From positions 58,902,001 to 58,966,000 of the forward strand of contig CM059432.1 of the NCBI GenBank assembly GCA_030390025.1: a stretch of DNA of 64,000 nucleotides, read 5' to 3'. The translations under genes and the position numbers were made by a program. Of this stretch, positions 25,301 through 37,950 are shown one piece after another. Under the pieces are notes generated by a model. The model saw only the letters and a program-made list of their open reading frames with translations, did not search any database and was not told the origin of the DNA. Position 1 is the stretch's first letter, and every line of letters begins with the position of its first letter. This DNA is from Squalus acanthias (taxonomy: Eukaryota).

Positions 25301-28300
25301 TTTTTTATTCGTTTGTGGGATGTGGGCGTCGCTGGCATCCCTAATTGCCCTTGAGAAGGTGGTGGTGAGCCGCCGCCTTGAACTGCTGCACTCCGTGTGG
25401 TGAAGGTACACCCACAGTGCTGATAGGAAGGGAGTTCCAGGATTTTGACCCAGCGACGATGAAGGAACGGCGATATACTTCTAAGTCAGGATGGTGTGTG
25501 ACTTGGAGGGGAACTTGGAGGTGATGGTGTTCCCATGCGCCTGCTGCCCTTGTCCTTCTAGGTGGAAGAGGTCGCTGGTTTGGGAGGTGCTGCCGAAGAA
25601 GCCTTGGCGAGTTGCTGCAGTGCATCTTGTAGATGGTACACACTGCAGTCACGGTATGCCGGTGGTGGAGAGAATGAATGTTTAAGGTGGTGGATGGGGT
25701 GCCAATCAAGCGGGCTGCTTTGTCCTGGATGGTGTTGAGCTTCTTGAGTGTTGTTGGGGCAAGTGGAGAGTATTCCATCACACTCCTTACTTGTGCCTTG
25801 TAGATGGTGGAAAGGCTTTGGGGAGTCAGGAGGTGAGACACTCGCCGCAGAATACCTAGCTTCTGACCTGCTCTTGTTGCCACAGTATTTATGTGGCTGG
25901 TCCAGTTAAGTTTTTGGTCAATGGTGACCCCCAGGATATTGATGGTGGGGGATTTGGCGATGGTTATACCGTTGAATGTCAAGGGGAGGTGGTTAGACTC
26001 GCGCTTGTTAGAGATAGTCATTGCCTGGCACTTCTGTGGCGATAATGTTACCTGCCACTTATCAGCCCAAGCCTGAACGTCGTCCAGGTCTTGTTGCATG
26101 CGGGCATGGACTGTTTCATTATCTGAGGAGTTGTGAATGGCGCTGAACACTGTGCAGTCATCAGCAAACATCTCCATTTCTGACCTTATGTTGGAGGGAA
26201 GGTCATTGATGAAGCAGCTGAAGATGGTGGGGCCTAGGACACTGCCCTGAGGAACTCCTGCAGCGATGTCCTGGGGCTGTGATGATTGAACTTCAACCAT
26301 CTTCCTTTGTGCTAGGTATGACTCCAGCCAGTGGAGCGTTTTCCCCCCGATTCCCATTGACTTCAGTTTTACTAGGGCTCCTTGATGCCACACTCGGTCA
26401 AATGCTGCCTTGATGTCAAGAGCAGTCACTCTCACCTCACCCCTGGAATTCAGTTCCTTTGTCCATGTTTGGACCAAGGCTGTAATGAAGTCGGGAGCCA
26501 AGTGGTCTTGGCGGAACCCAAACTGGGCATCAGTGAGCAGCTATTGGTGAGAAAGTGCCGCTTGATCGCACTGTCGATGACTCCTTCCATCACTTTGTTG
26601 ATGATTGAGTGTAGACTGATGGGGCGGTAATTGGCCAGATTGGACCTGTCCTGCTTCTTGTGGACAGGACATACCCAGGCAGTTTTCCACATTGTTGGAT
26701 AGATGCCAGTGTTGCAGCTGTACTGGAACAGCTTGGGTAGAGGTGCGGCTAGTTCTGGAGCACAAGTCTTCACGATAGCCGGGATGTTGTCGCGGCCCAT
26801 AGCTTTTGCTGTATCCAGTGTACTCAGCCGTTTCTTGATATCACGTGGAGTGAATCGAATTGGCTGAAGACTGGCTTCTGTGATGGTGGGGACCTCAGGA
26901 GTAGGCCGATATGGATCATCCACTTATGGCTGAAGATGGTTGCAAACACTTCAGCCTTGTCTTTTGCACTCGTGCTGGGCTCCACCATCATTGAAGATGG
27001 GGATATTCATGGAGCCTCCTCCTCCCGTTAGTTGTTTAATTGTCCACCACCATTCACAACTGGATGTTGCAAGACTGCAGAGCTTTGATCTGATCCGTTA
27101 GCCCTGTCTATAGCATGCTGCTTCTTAGCGTGTCGTCCTGTGTTGCAGCTTCCCCAGGTTGGCACCTCATTTTTAGGTACGCCTGGTGCTGCTCCTGGCA
27201 TGCTCTTCTACACTCCTTATTGAAACAGGGTTGGTCCTCTGGCTTGATGGTAATGGTAGAGTGAGGGATATGCCGGGCCATGAGGTTACAGATTGTGGTG
27301 GAATACAATTCTGCTGCTGCTGATGATCCACAGCGCCTCATGAATGCCCAGTTTTGAGCTGCTAGATCTGTTCTGAATCTATCCCATTTAGCACAGTGGT
27401 AGTGGCACACAACACGATGGAGGATGTCCTCAATGTGGGACTTCATCTCCACAATGACTGTGCGGTGGTCACTGCTGCCAATGCTGTCATGGACAGATGC
27501 ATCTGCAACAGGTAGATTTGTGAGGACGACATCCAGTAGGTTTTTCCCTCGTGTTGGTTCACTCACCACCTGTCGCAGGCCCAGACTGGCAGCTCTGCCC
27601 TTCAGGGCTCAGCCAGTAGTGGTGCTACCGAGCCACTCTTGGTGATGGACATTGAAGTCCCCCACCCAGAGTACATTCTGTGCCCTTGCTACTCTCAGTG
27701 CTTCTTCCAAGTGGTGTTCAACATGGAGGAGTACTGATTCATCCGCTGAGGGAGGGCGGTAGGTGGTAATCAGCAGGAGGTTTCCTTGCCCATGCTTGAC
27801 CTGAAGCCATGAGACTTCATGGGGTCCGGAGTCAATGTTGAGGACTCCTAGGGCCACTCCTTCCCGATTGTATACCACTGTGCCACCACCTCTGGTGGGT
27901 CTGTCCTGCCGGTGGGACTGGACATACCCAGGGATGGTGATGGAGGAGTTTGGGACATTGGCTGAAAGGTATGATTGTCAGGCTGTTGCTTGACTAGTCT
28001 GTGGGACAGCTCTCCCAATTTTGGCACAAGTCCACAGATGTTGGTGAGGAGGACTTTGCAGGGTGTGCCATTGCTGTGTCCATAGCCGGTACCAAGGTTG
28101 TTGCCAGGTGGTCCGTCCGGTTTCATTTTTTGTTTTTCGTAGCGGTTTGTTACAATTGAGTGGCTTGCTAGGCCATTTCAGAGGGCAGGTAAGAGTCAAC
28201 CACATTGCTGTGAGTCTGGAGTCACATATAAGCCAGACCAGGTAAGGACGGCAGATTTCTTTCCCTAAAGAACATTAGTGAACCAGATGGGTTTTTAACG

Positions 28301-28480
28301 ACAATCCGATGGTTTCATGATCACCATTACTAATACTAGTAATTATTCCAGATTTATTTAATTAACTGGATTTAAATTCCTCAGCTGCCGTCGTGGGATT
28401 TGAACTCGTGTCTCTGGGTTATTAGTCCAGGCCTCTGAGATTATTAGCCCAGTGACATTTCCACTACGCTACCGTTCCCT
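25301..28480 (-). mobile_element. Near full-length CR1-group LINE with single APE-RT ORF and tRNA-like 5' head
   Basis: APE motifs (LLTNICGL, YRPP, GDFN, LLDVVLTN, SDH) and RT motifs (DIKAAFDRVWH, QGSVLGP, FADD), ending HHHLLKGN*; A/B boxes at 28392-28473; several frameshifts. Confidence 0.9.
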
Positions 28481-28930
28481 CAGTGCAGATTAAGAGGCAA
28501 TATGATAGAATTATTTAAAATTATGAAAAAGTAGTTAGCAGACTATTTCCAGTTGTTGAACGGTCCAGAATGAGAGGCCATAGATACAAAATTAAATGTA
28601 AGAGATTTAGAACAGAGCAAGAAAACTACAGTGTTGTGAAGCTACGGAATTCACTTCCAGGGTTAGTGGTTGAGACAGGAATTGTCAACATTCAAGGTTA
28701 AATTGGATTGGTCGGTGAAGGAATCGGGAGTGAAAGGATACAGGAATGGGGTCGGGGTAGATACAATTATAACTTTGTTCACATGACAGGTAAACGCCAA
28801 CACACACTAGTTGGGCCGAATCGCCAGTTTCCATGTTGTGTCTTCTGTGTACTATGCAAGAAATGTGGCAGCATGGAAACAGAGTGCGGTGCCATGAAGA
28901 CGGGCCACAGGAGAGCCAGTGGAAGAGAAT

Positions 28931-29463
28931 ACGATAGCAAAATACTGCGGATGCTGGAAATCTGAAATAACAACAGAAAACGCTGGAAAAACTCAGCAAG
29001 CCAGGCAGCATCCGTGGAGAGAGAAACAGAGTTAACGTTTCAGGTCGAAGACCCTTCGTCAGAATTGGAACAAAGCAGGAAATGAAATAGATTTAAAGCA
29101 AGTATAATGCTGGGAAAAGGGGGAGGGGATGAAAGAACAAAGGGGAAGGTCAGTGGTAGTATAGAAGGCAGGAGAGATTAAGAGACATTAAGAGATATTC
29201 AAGGCGAGAGGAGGTGGTAATGTGACAGGTTGAGACTGGATGAAGTGTGAAGTGCACTGGCAGGATGAAGTGTGAAGTGCACTGGCAGAATGAAGGACAG
29301 CTGCCAGCTTCAGGAGGTATATATATATATATATATATGAGAGAGATAGAGAGATCGTTATGTGATAGGGGCCGTGGTTATGATCTGAAATTGTTGAACT
29401 CTATGTTGAGTCCAGAGGGCTGTAGCGTGCCTAAACGAAAGATGAGGTGCTGTTCCTCGAACT
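28931..29463 (-). mobile_element. Penelope-like element 3' fragment
   Basis: Homologous to 43825-44230; 12-bp TSD gtggaagagaat (28919-28930, 29464-29475); hammerhead core at 29030-29066 on minus. Confidence 0.82.
29238..29353. repeat. 25-bp tandem duplication followed by (TA)n(GA)n microsatellite
   Basis: gatgaagtgtgaagtgcactggcag twice, then tatatata... and gagagagatagagaga. Confidence 0.8.
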
Positions 29464-29606
29464 GTGGAAGAGAATGTTGTGGTCAACCATATTGTAGGCA
29501 GTATAGAGGACAAAGATTGACAACAGCATGGTTGTTGTCACACATTGGTTGAAGCCACTGTCCTTATCTATTTGTGGGTGAGTTACTGTTCATCGGGCAA
29601 ACTTAT

Positions 29607-29825
29607 TGAAAGACTTGCATTTATAAAGTGCCTTTCACAACCTCAGGATGTCCCAAAGCGCTTTACAGCCAATGAAGTACTTTTTGGAGTATAGTCACTG
29701 TTGTAATGTAGGAAATGCAGCAACCAATTTGCTTACAGCAAGCTCCTACAAACAGCAATGTGATAATGACCAGATAATCTGTTTTCGTGATGTTGATTGA
29801 GGGATAAATATTGTCCAGGACAAAG
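29607..29825 (-). mobile_element. Deu-type SINE, 3' portion
   Basis: Closely similar to 30375-30590 (gaaagacttgcattt...gagggataaatatt). Confidence 0.7.
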
Positions 29826-30367
29826 GCAGATCATTGACACCCAACAGCTATCCCTGTAGACTTTGACCTACTTCAGTCCTTCTGTACATAGAGGATTTGC
29901 ATAGCAACCTGGTTGATCAGCTAATGAAAATATTAACATCATACACTAAGAAACTTAAGAATCAAATTAAATTCTCAACAGCTATATATAGTACCACGTC
30001 ATGCAATCTGTTACAGTAAAGACTGGAAATTAACAGTGTCATATAAGTCTGCTGGGATACCCGCTCATGTCCCCCCTTGGTTGCTTGAAAGAACGCAGCA
30101 ATCAATCTGCTTGTCCAGAGTATTAGTAAACTTAACCAGTACATCAATATAGTGCAAATTACCTGCCAAAGAAATCACCTCTTGGATATTGATGAGAGCC
30201 AATATCATAGAAGTTGAGGGCAATTGTCAATTTCACATTTATAGCCAAGGCTGATCTAGCAACAACTAATTTGAAATAGTAATACAAATCAGCTCACAAA
30301 TTGAATTGAATTTGTTTTTTGTATCTGGTTTGTCTTAGAGAGATCTGGCATTTTAATGGAATCAATA

Positions 30368-30685
30368 AAGAAAGAAAGACTTGCATTTATATAGCGCCTT
30401 TCATGACCTCAAGACGCCCCAAAGCACTTTACAGCCAATGAAGTACTTTTGAAGTGTAGTCACTGTTGTAATGTGGGAAACGCAGCAGCCAATTTGCACA
30501 CAGCAAGCTCCCACAAGCAGCAATGTGATAACGAGCAGATAATCTGTTTTTGTGATGTTGGTTGAGGGATAAATATTGGCCAGGACACCAGGGATAGCGC
30601 CCCTGCTCTTCTTCGAAATAGTGCCATGGGATCATTTACGTCCACCTGAGAGAGAGCAGACAGGGCCTCGGTTTAACGTCTCATA
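30368..30685 (-). mobile_element. Deu-type SINE (SacSINE1/AmnSINE1-like), 5'-truncated
   Basis: Resembles the remembered Deu domain (minus-strand gtggacgtaaatgatcccatggcactatttcgaagaagagcaggg) with a ttct-repeat tail. Confidence 0.7.
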
Positions 30686-32890
30686 AAATAATACAATATA
30701 GTATGACTTCCTTTTGTCTTTTTTTCCCCCAGTTGCACCCAAATACACCATGAAATATTTTCCCATCTATCTGAGATGTGTCTTTACCGAAAACACTTGT
30801 GCACTTATGTGGTTTTAAAGCCTTTATACATTAGAGCTTGGTGCAGTATGGAGGCTGGGACAGGGAGTGATACTGAAATAACCCCTTGCCTGTTGATATT
30901 TAAGACTGGGTTCAGTTTCTTGCAGACTGGTACATACAGACTAGGTCTTCTGTGTTTGCACAGAATGTCCCATTGCACAGTGAATATGATGCTGTTAGTT
31001 TTCAGCAACTAAGAACATAGCTGAATGTAAGGGAGAAGGATGAAAACTGACTAGGAAGTGTTTATAAACACAGGAAGAAAGCTAGTGAGGCACAGTGGTT
31101 TTGGAAGAGAATTACAGAGAATTGGACTGAAGACTGAAGCAGCAGCCTCTGATGGTGCAGTGGCGGGAGCAGGGAATGCGCAGCAGAACATAATTGGGCA
31201 AAGTTACAGAGGTGGAAGAAGGCAAGCTTGGTGAAGTATTGAGCAAAAAGCTCAAGGTCAAACAATGTGCCATTTCTGCACCGGCTTGAGTGAGCAGGTG
31301 AGCAGGTTAATAATCAGAACCAGAGGCATGGATCTCTATTTTAATCCCCTCACCCACCACCCCCTCCGACGGGTGGGATAGGATTGGGGGTTAAATATCG
31401 GAATCGAGCAACCCAACCCAATTCCCGGCCACTAATATTTACGGTGGTGATTCAGGGCCTGGACGAGGCTCCCGCTATAAGCAGGCGGGGCCTACTTAAC
31501 ATGCAAAAGTCACGGCCTGATGATGTAATCACCGCCACAAAGTATTTTTAACACCACGGGGAGTCCCGCTATAACTTTACTTTATTAAATTAGTCACTAA
31601 AACTAGATAACCCAATTAAGGAATAAAACTAAAATTATTGATTATTTGATTAGTTAATTTTTCTTTAAAGGTTCGATAGACATGGCAGGGCAGGTGGTGT
31701 GCTGTAACTGCAGCATGTGGAGACCAGCGAGATCCCGAGCAATCACGCCTGCGGTAAGTGTCTGCAGCTCAAGGCACTTCGGCTCAGAGTTGTTGAGCTG
31801 GAGTCTGACATTGCGGAGCATCAGGGAGGGGGAGCGTTACCTGGACACTTTGTTCCAGGAGGCAGTCACACCCCTTACATTACTTTAGAGTTTGTCAATG
31901 GTCAGGGACAGGAGGGTGTGACTGCGAGTCAGGAAGGTATGGGGACCCAGGATGTAGTGATGGTGGAGCCTCGGCCCTTGACTTTGACCAACAGGTATGA
32001 GATATTTGCTACCTGTGGGGATGAGAACAAGGACTGCCAGGTGGATGAGCAAACTCACCATGGCACCATGGTGCAGGAGGCCATTCAAGTGGGGGCAGTG
32101 AAAAGGAATGTGGTAGGGGACAGTATAGTCAGAGGGATAGATACTGTTCTCTGCAGCTGCGACTGGGAGTTCCCAAGGTTGTGTTGCCTGCCCCGGTGCC
32201 AGGGTAAAGGATGTCTTCTTGTGGCTGGAGAAGAACTTAGAGTGGGAGGGGGAGGATCCAGTTGTTGTGGTCCATGTAGGAACCAACGACATAGGTAGAA
32301 CTAGGAATGAGGTTCTGCTGAGAGAGTTTGAGGAGCTAGAGTCGAAATTAAAATGCAGAACCTCACAGGTAATAATCTCTGGATTGTTACCTGAGCCACG
32401 TGCAAATTGGCATAGGGACAAAGAGATTATAAGGTTAAATGCGTGGCTCAAAGAGTGGTGTGGGAGGCAGGGGTTTCAATTCATGGGGCACTGGCACCAG
32501 TACTGGGGAGAAAGAGAGCTGTTCCGTGGGGACGGGCTCCACTTAAACCGAGCTGGGACCAGTGTCCTGGTGAATCAAATAACTAGGGCGGTAGATAGGG
32601 CTTTAAACTAATGAAGGGGGGTGGGAGGATTCAGGAAAGGGTAAATTCAAAAGCAGTAAGAGAAATGTCAAGGCTGTAGAGCAGAGTAGTGATCTGGGTA
32701 AAGATAGGCAGAGTGGGTCACGAAGGGACAGAAAGATTAATAAAGGTAATAGGGCATTAGTGACTAAAGTGACATCAGGGAAAAATAGAAAAAGTTAAAG
32801 CTAAAGGTACTATATCTGAATTCATAAAGCATTCACAACAAAATAAATGAATTAATAGCACAGATAGAAATAAATGGGTTTGATTTAATA

Positions 32891-33401
32891 TGCTGACTGA
32901 CTTAATTAACTTTTCATCGAGCAGAAACTGATAGCCAAGTTCCGCACTCATGAAGACGGTCTCAACCGGGATCTTGGGTTTATGTCACGATACATGACGT
33001 GATCCGGACTCGAGTTGTCGTTGGCTTGTTCACAGATGTGATTCCCAGTAAAAAAGTAAAAATTTTAAAGCTTTTCGTTTTACATACAGACGGCAGCTTT
33101 TGACACGTTAGAACCCCTGCGACTACACCTCATTGTCTCAGTTGTATCTTGCTATGTCTTTGATGTGGTACCTTCCTGGCTGACTTAATTAACTTTATCA
33201 CACCTCGGCAGATAGTCAGGATGATTTAATTTAGTGGTCTGCAATTGTAAGGTACACATGCTTTGTTCTCTATCCATATATGCTTTGGCGATTCTGTATC
33301 TAATTTACTTCACCTGAGGAAGGAGCAATCGATAGCTCCGAAAGCTTGTGATTTCAAATAAAACTGTTGGACTATAACCTGGTGTTGTGCGACCTCTCAA
33401 T
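32891..33401 (+). mobile_element. Penelope-like non-coding insertion (511 bp) inside CR1
   Basis: 12-bp TSD tttgatttaata (32879-32890, 33402-33413); 3' half homologous to 25037-25260; internal direct repeat ctgacttaattaacttt. Confidence 0.78.
33310..33351 (+). ncRNA. Minimal type I hammerhead ribozyme motif
   Basis: tcac-CTGAGGA-a-ggagc(aatcgata)gctcc-GAAAGCTT-gtga. Confidence 0.8.
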
Positions 33402-34737
33402 TTTGATTTAATAGCCATTGCAGAGACATGGTTGCAGAGTGACCAAAGTTGGGAACTAAATATTCCAGGATATTTGACTTTTAGAAGAGACAGGCAGAAT
33501 GGAAAAGGAGGAGGGGTAGCCCTGATAATAAAGGAGGGAATAAAGACAATAGAGAGAAAGGATCTTGGCTCGGAAATACAAAATGTAGAATCAGTTTGGG
33601 TGGAGCTAAAAAACAAGAGGTAGAAAACACTAGTGGGAGTAGTCTATAGGCCCCCTAACAGTGGTTGTAGTGTCGGGCAGAGTATAAATCAGGAAATTAG
33701 AGATGCATGTAACAAGGGTAATACAGTAATCATGGCGGACTTTAACTTTCATATAGACTGGGCAAACCAAATTTGCATAAATAGTGCAAAGGAAGAGTTA
33801 ATGGAACGCATTCAGGATAGTTTTCTAGATCAGTATGTCAAGGAACCTATGAGGGAATTGACTATTTTAGATCTAGTATTGTGCAATGAGACAGGGTTAA
33901 TTAATAACCTTGTAGTAAAGGAGCCTCTGGGGAGCAGTGATCATAATATGATAGAATTTTATGTTGAGTTTGAGAGTGATTTAGTTAAATCGGAAACTAG
34001 GGTCCTAAACCTGAACAAAGAAAACTACATAGGTGTGAGAGGCGAGTTGGCTAAGGTAGGTTGGGAAACTAGATTAAAAGATATGACAGTAGAAAAGCAA
34101 TGGCAAACATTTAAAGAAATAATTCATAATTCGCAACAAATATACATTCCCTTAAGGAATAAAAACACCACGGGGAAAATGGTACAACCATGGCTAACAA
34201 GAGAAATTAATGATAGTATTAGATTAAAGGAAGAGGTTTATAATGTTGCCAAAAAGAATAGTAAGCCTGAGGATTGGGAGGATTTTAGAATTCAGCAAAG
34301 GATGACCAAGAAATTCATAAAGAAAGCAAATGAGAGTAAACTAGCAAGAGACATAAAAACAGATTGTGAAAGTTTCTATATGTAAAAAGGAAGAGATCAG
34401 CAAAAGTAAACATGGATCCCTTAGAGGCAGAGACAGGAGAAATTATAATAGGGAATAAGGAAATGGCAGAGACATTAAACTTTGTATCAGTCTTCACGGA
34501 AGAAGACACAAAAAACATTCCAGAAATAGTGGGGAACCAAGGGTCTAGCGAGAATGAGGAATTTAAAGAAATTAGTATTAGTAAAGAAATAGCACTGGAG
34601 AAATTAATGGGACTAAAAGTAGTCTTGATGGTCTACATCCTAGGGTAAAAGAGGTGGCTAGAGAGAGGATGCATTGGTTTTGATCTTCCAAAAATCCCTA
34701 GATTCTACAGCAGTTCCCATGGATTGGAAGGTAGCCA

Positions 34738-37700
34738 ACGATTTTAGAATTCAGCAAAGGAGGACCAAGAAATTGATAAAGAAAGGGAAAATGGAATGAG
34801 AGTAAACTAGCGTGGGGCATAAAAACAGACTATAAAAACTTCTATAGGTATGTAAAAAGGAAAAGATTAGCGAAAGTAAATGTGGGAACCTTACAGGCTG
34901 AGACAGGAGAAATTATAATGGGGAATAAGGAAATGGCAGAGAAATTAAACAATTACTATGGCCGCGAATTTGCCGGCGCTCAGAGGGCAGGTTTCGAGGT
35001 GGGCCTGCTGTCAAAATAGCAAAGATTGACAGTGGGTAGGAAACCTGCTGTCAACCCGCCTCCACGCGAGTCTCCCAGGTGTCGGGTCTGTCAGCGGAGA
35101 ACTGACCTGACACCAAGCGGTGGGGGAGACAATTGAGCATGTTAAATGGCTTGTTAAGAGCCAATTTAATACTATTTTGAGGCTTCCTTGCAATTTTACG
35201 TTTTCCCCCACAGGTTACCTGCTGTTCGGGGAACACGTCAGCTCAAGCTGGCGTGATTTGAGGCTGTTCTGATGTTTCTGATACGCTGACAGCTGCAGAA
35301 GTGGTGTAAAGGATGGCATGTTGCAGATGGTCAGTTTCAGAGCACAGAAAATGTTGGTTACTGCATTTTTAAAACATATAGAGATTTCTTTAGCTTATAA
35401 GTTTTTAGATCCAACTGTATGTCCAGTGCCACCTCATTGGGAGAGCTCTCTCACTGTTGACATTGCTTCTGTCTTCTCACCTGCAGCTGCCATCTATTGC
35501 AGCAACATCAGTGCCTTTGAAAAAATAAGACCTTGGTCCTCTGAATCCCTCCACGATCAGCCCCAACACCAACATCACCAGGCTCGCCAACCTTCTCCGC
35601 CATCATCTGATGCTGCACTGGACACAGGGCATCAGCCCCTGACAACATTGCTGCCCGGGAGGCCAGCGATGGCATCACCATGGCCAGATTTTCTTCACTT
35701 GATGCTGTAAACCCTGGCTGCCACATGATGCGCCAGGTTGACACCATCCCACACCAGCACCGTGAAGCATCCCTTTAATGTCCAAGCCATTCCATGCACA
35801 CTCCTCACTATAGGGGGGGGGCGGATGTTATGTCTGAACAATCACTGGAACTCAGTAAGACACTTCTCAATGTGTGTGCAGATCTGACAATAAGGGGCAG
35901 TTTTGGAAAAATAGATTTCACTGTATGACAGCACATTACCAGAAACTTCACATGGACATTGGCTAAACCTCTCAAGTGCCTACCCTTGTGTGTTGTTAGT
36001 TGGTATGCTTGCAGTAGGATGAGGGTGAGTGTGAGGGGTGGCTAGTGAGATGGGGAAATGATAAAGTAGATAGAGAGGGATGGGTGGAGGTGCAAGGTAA
36101 GTTGGTGTGAGTTAGGATGTGCAGGAGAAGGGTAGGGAAGGCAGAGTGATGAGGATGTGTTGAGTGGCACAGCAGGGTGAGTTTGAGTGTGGCTTTGCAG
36201 TAACGTTTCGTGATCCACTGAGATCATTAAAAGGTTTGCGCCACTGCAGCCAGGGACCCCTGACGACATCCCTGCTTGTGTCTTCCTGTGCAATGTGCAA
36301 CCAGGCTGCGTTGGTATCCTGGGGAGGGAAGAGAACCTAACTGCATGCTGTGACTCTCTCCATAAGCATATGGAGGGAGTCATTGGAGCGCCTGCGTGCA
36401 AGCATCCACCTTTATGCAGTGCTTGTCAGTGTTTGCAGTACCTCAATGCTGTTAAACACTGACAGAATAACTGTCAAACTCCATGTGGGCGTGGTCCCTT
36501 TAAGGAAACCGGCTGATGACATGTCATCAAATGACATCATCAGACCCGCTTCCTGTTAATTGACCAGGAAGCCCACAGGGCGGGCTTAACAAGGCCAATC
36601 AAGGTAAAATCCCGTTTACAGAGCGGCTGCAGCCAGGTTCATGACTGGAACCCGGCAAACAGCTCTCCCGCTACCATCCCGCCTCTGTTGGGAAATTCGC
36701 AGCCTTTGTGTCTGTCTTCACGGAACAAGACGCAAAATACCTCCCGGAAATAGTGGAGAACCAAGGGTTTAGCGAGAATGAGGAACTGAAAGAAATAAGT
36801 ATTAATAAAAAAATAGTACTGGAGAAATTAATGCGACTGAAAGCCGATAAATCCCCTGGACCTGATGGCCTACATCCTAGGGTTTTGAAAGAGGTGGCTA
36901 TAGAGATAGTGGATCCATTGGTTGTCATCTTCCAAAATTCCATAGATTCTAGAACGGTTCCCGCAGATTGGAAAGTAGTAAATGTAACCCCACTATTTAA
37001 GAAAGGAGGGAGAGAGAAAATGGGGAACTACAGACCAGTTGGCCTGACATCAGTAGTAGGGAAAATGCTAGAATCTATTATTAAGGACGTGGTAACAGGG
37101 CACTTAGAAAATAATAATAGGATTGGGCAGAGTTAACACAGATTAATGAAAGGGACATCATGTTTGACAAATCTGTTAGAGTTTTTTGAGGTTATAACTA
37201 GCAGAATAGATAAGGGGGAACCAGTGAATGTGGTGTATTTGGATTTTCAGAAGGCATTCGATAAGGTGCCACACAAGAGGTTATTGAACAAAATTAGGGC
37301 CCATGGAATTGGGGGTAATATACTAGCATGGATTGAGGATTGGTTAACGGACAGAAAACAAAGAGTAGGAATAAACAGGTCATTTTCAGGCTGGCAGGCT
37401 GTAACTAGTGGGGTACCGCAAGGATCAGTGCTTGGGCCTCAGCTATTCACAATCTATATTAATGATTTGGATGAGGGGACCAAATGTAATATATCCAAGT
37501 TTGCTGATGATACAAAGCTAGGTGGGAATGTAAGTTGTGAGGAGGATGCAAAGAGGCTTCAAGGGGATATAGACAGGCAAAGTGAGTGGGCAAGAACATG
37601 GCAAATGGAATATAATGTGGAGAAATGTGAAGTTATTCACTTTAGTAGGAGAAATAGAAAAGCAGAGTATTTTTTAAATGGTGAGAGATTGGAAAATGTT

Positions 37701-37950
37701 GGTATTCAGAGGGACCTGGGTGTCCTTGTACACGAATCACTGAAAGTTAACATGCAGGTACAGCAAGCAATTAGGAAATCAAATGGTATGTTGGCCTTTA
37801 TTACAAGAGGATTTGAGTATAAGAGTAAAGACGTCTTACTGCAATTATATAGGGGCCTGGTGAGACCACACCTGGAGTATTGTGTACAGTTTTGGTCTCT
37901 ACCTAAGGAAAGATATACTTGCCTTGGAAGGGAGTGCAAAGAAGGTTCAC
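34738..37950 (+). mobile_element. Second CR1 ORF2 segment (RT), interrupted by a Harbinger derivative
   Basis: Restarts ~460 bp upstream in CR1 coordinates; KSPGPDGLHPR, NYRPV, DFQKAFD, QGSVLGP, FADDTK; 3' end truncated near 37950. Confidence 0.9.
34960..36704. mobile_element. PIF/Harbinger internal-deletion derivative, copy 2
   Basis: TIRs ggccgcgaattt / aaattcgcagcc; flanks tat/ttt; removing it restores CR1 codons NNY|FVSVF; Myb-like remnant WLQWRKPFNDL on minus. Confidence 0.88.

Larger units (their letters stand above)
24230..28855 (+). mobile_element. Old CR1 remnant (24230-25028 and 28481-28855) split by two younger insertions
   Basis: Decayed SGVPxGSVLGP and FSDD motifs; the RT C-terminus resumes at 28481 (RLRGNMIE-like) and runs into a CR1 3' UTR. 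Confidence 0.7.
31570..34737 (+). mobile_element. CR1 LINE 5' part: esterase ORF1 and APE region, decayed
   Basis: ORF1 from 31682 (CCNC..CGKC; GDSIVRG; VVVHVGTND; DGLHLN). ORF2 has AIAETWL, YRPP, ADFN, LDLVL and SDH. Confidence 0.9.

Noticed and set aside
28392..28473. Functional tRNA gene
   Set aside because: A and B boxes are present, but I see no convincing cloverleaf and it is contiguous with a retroelement body.
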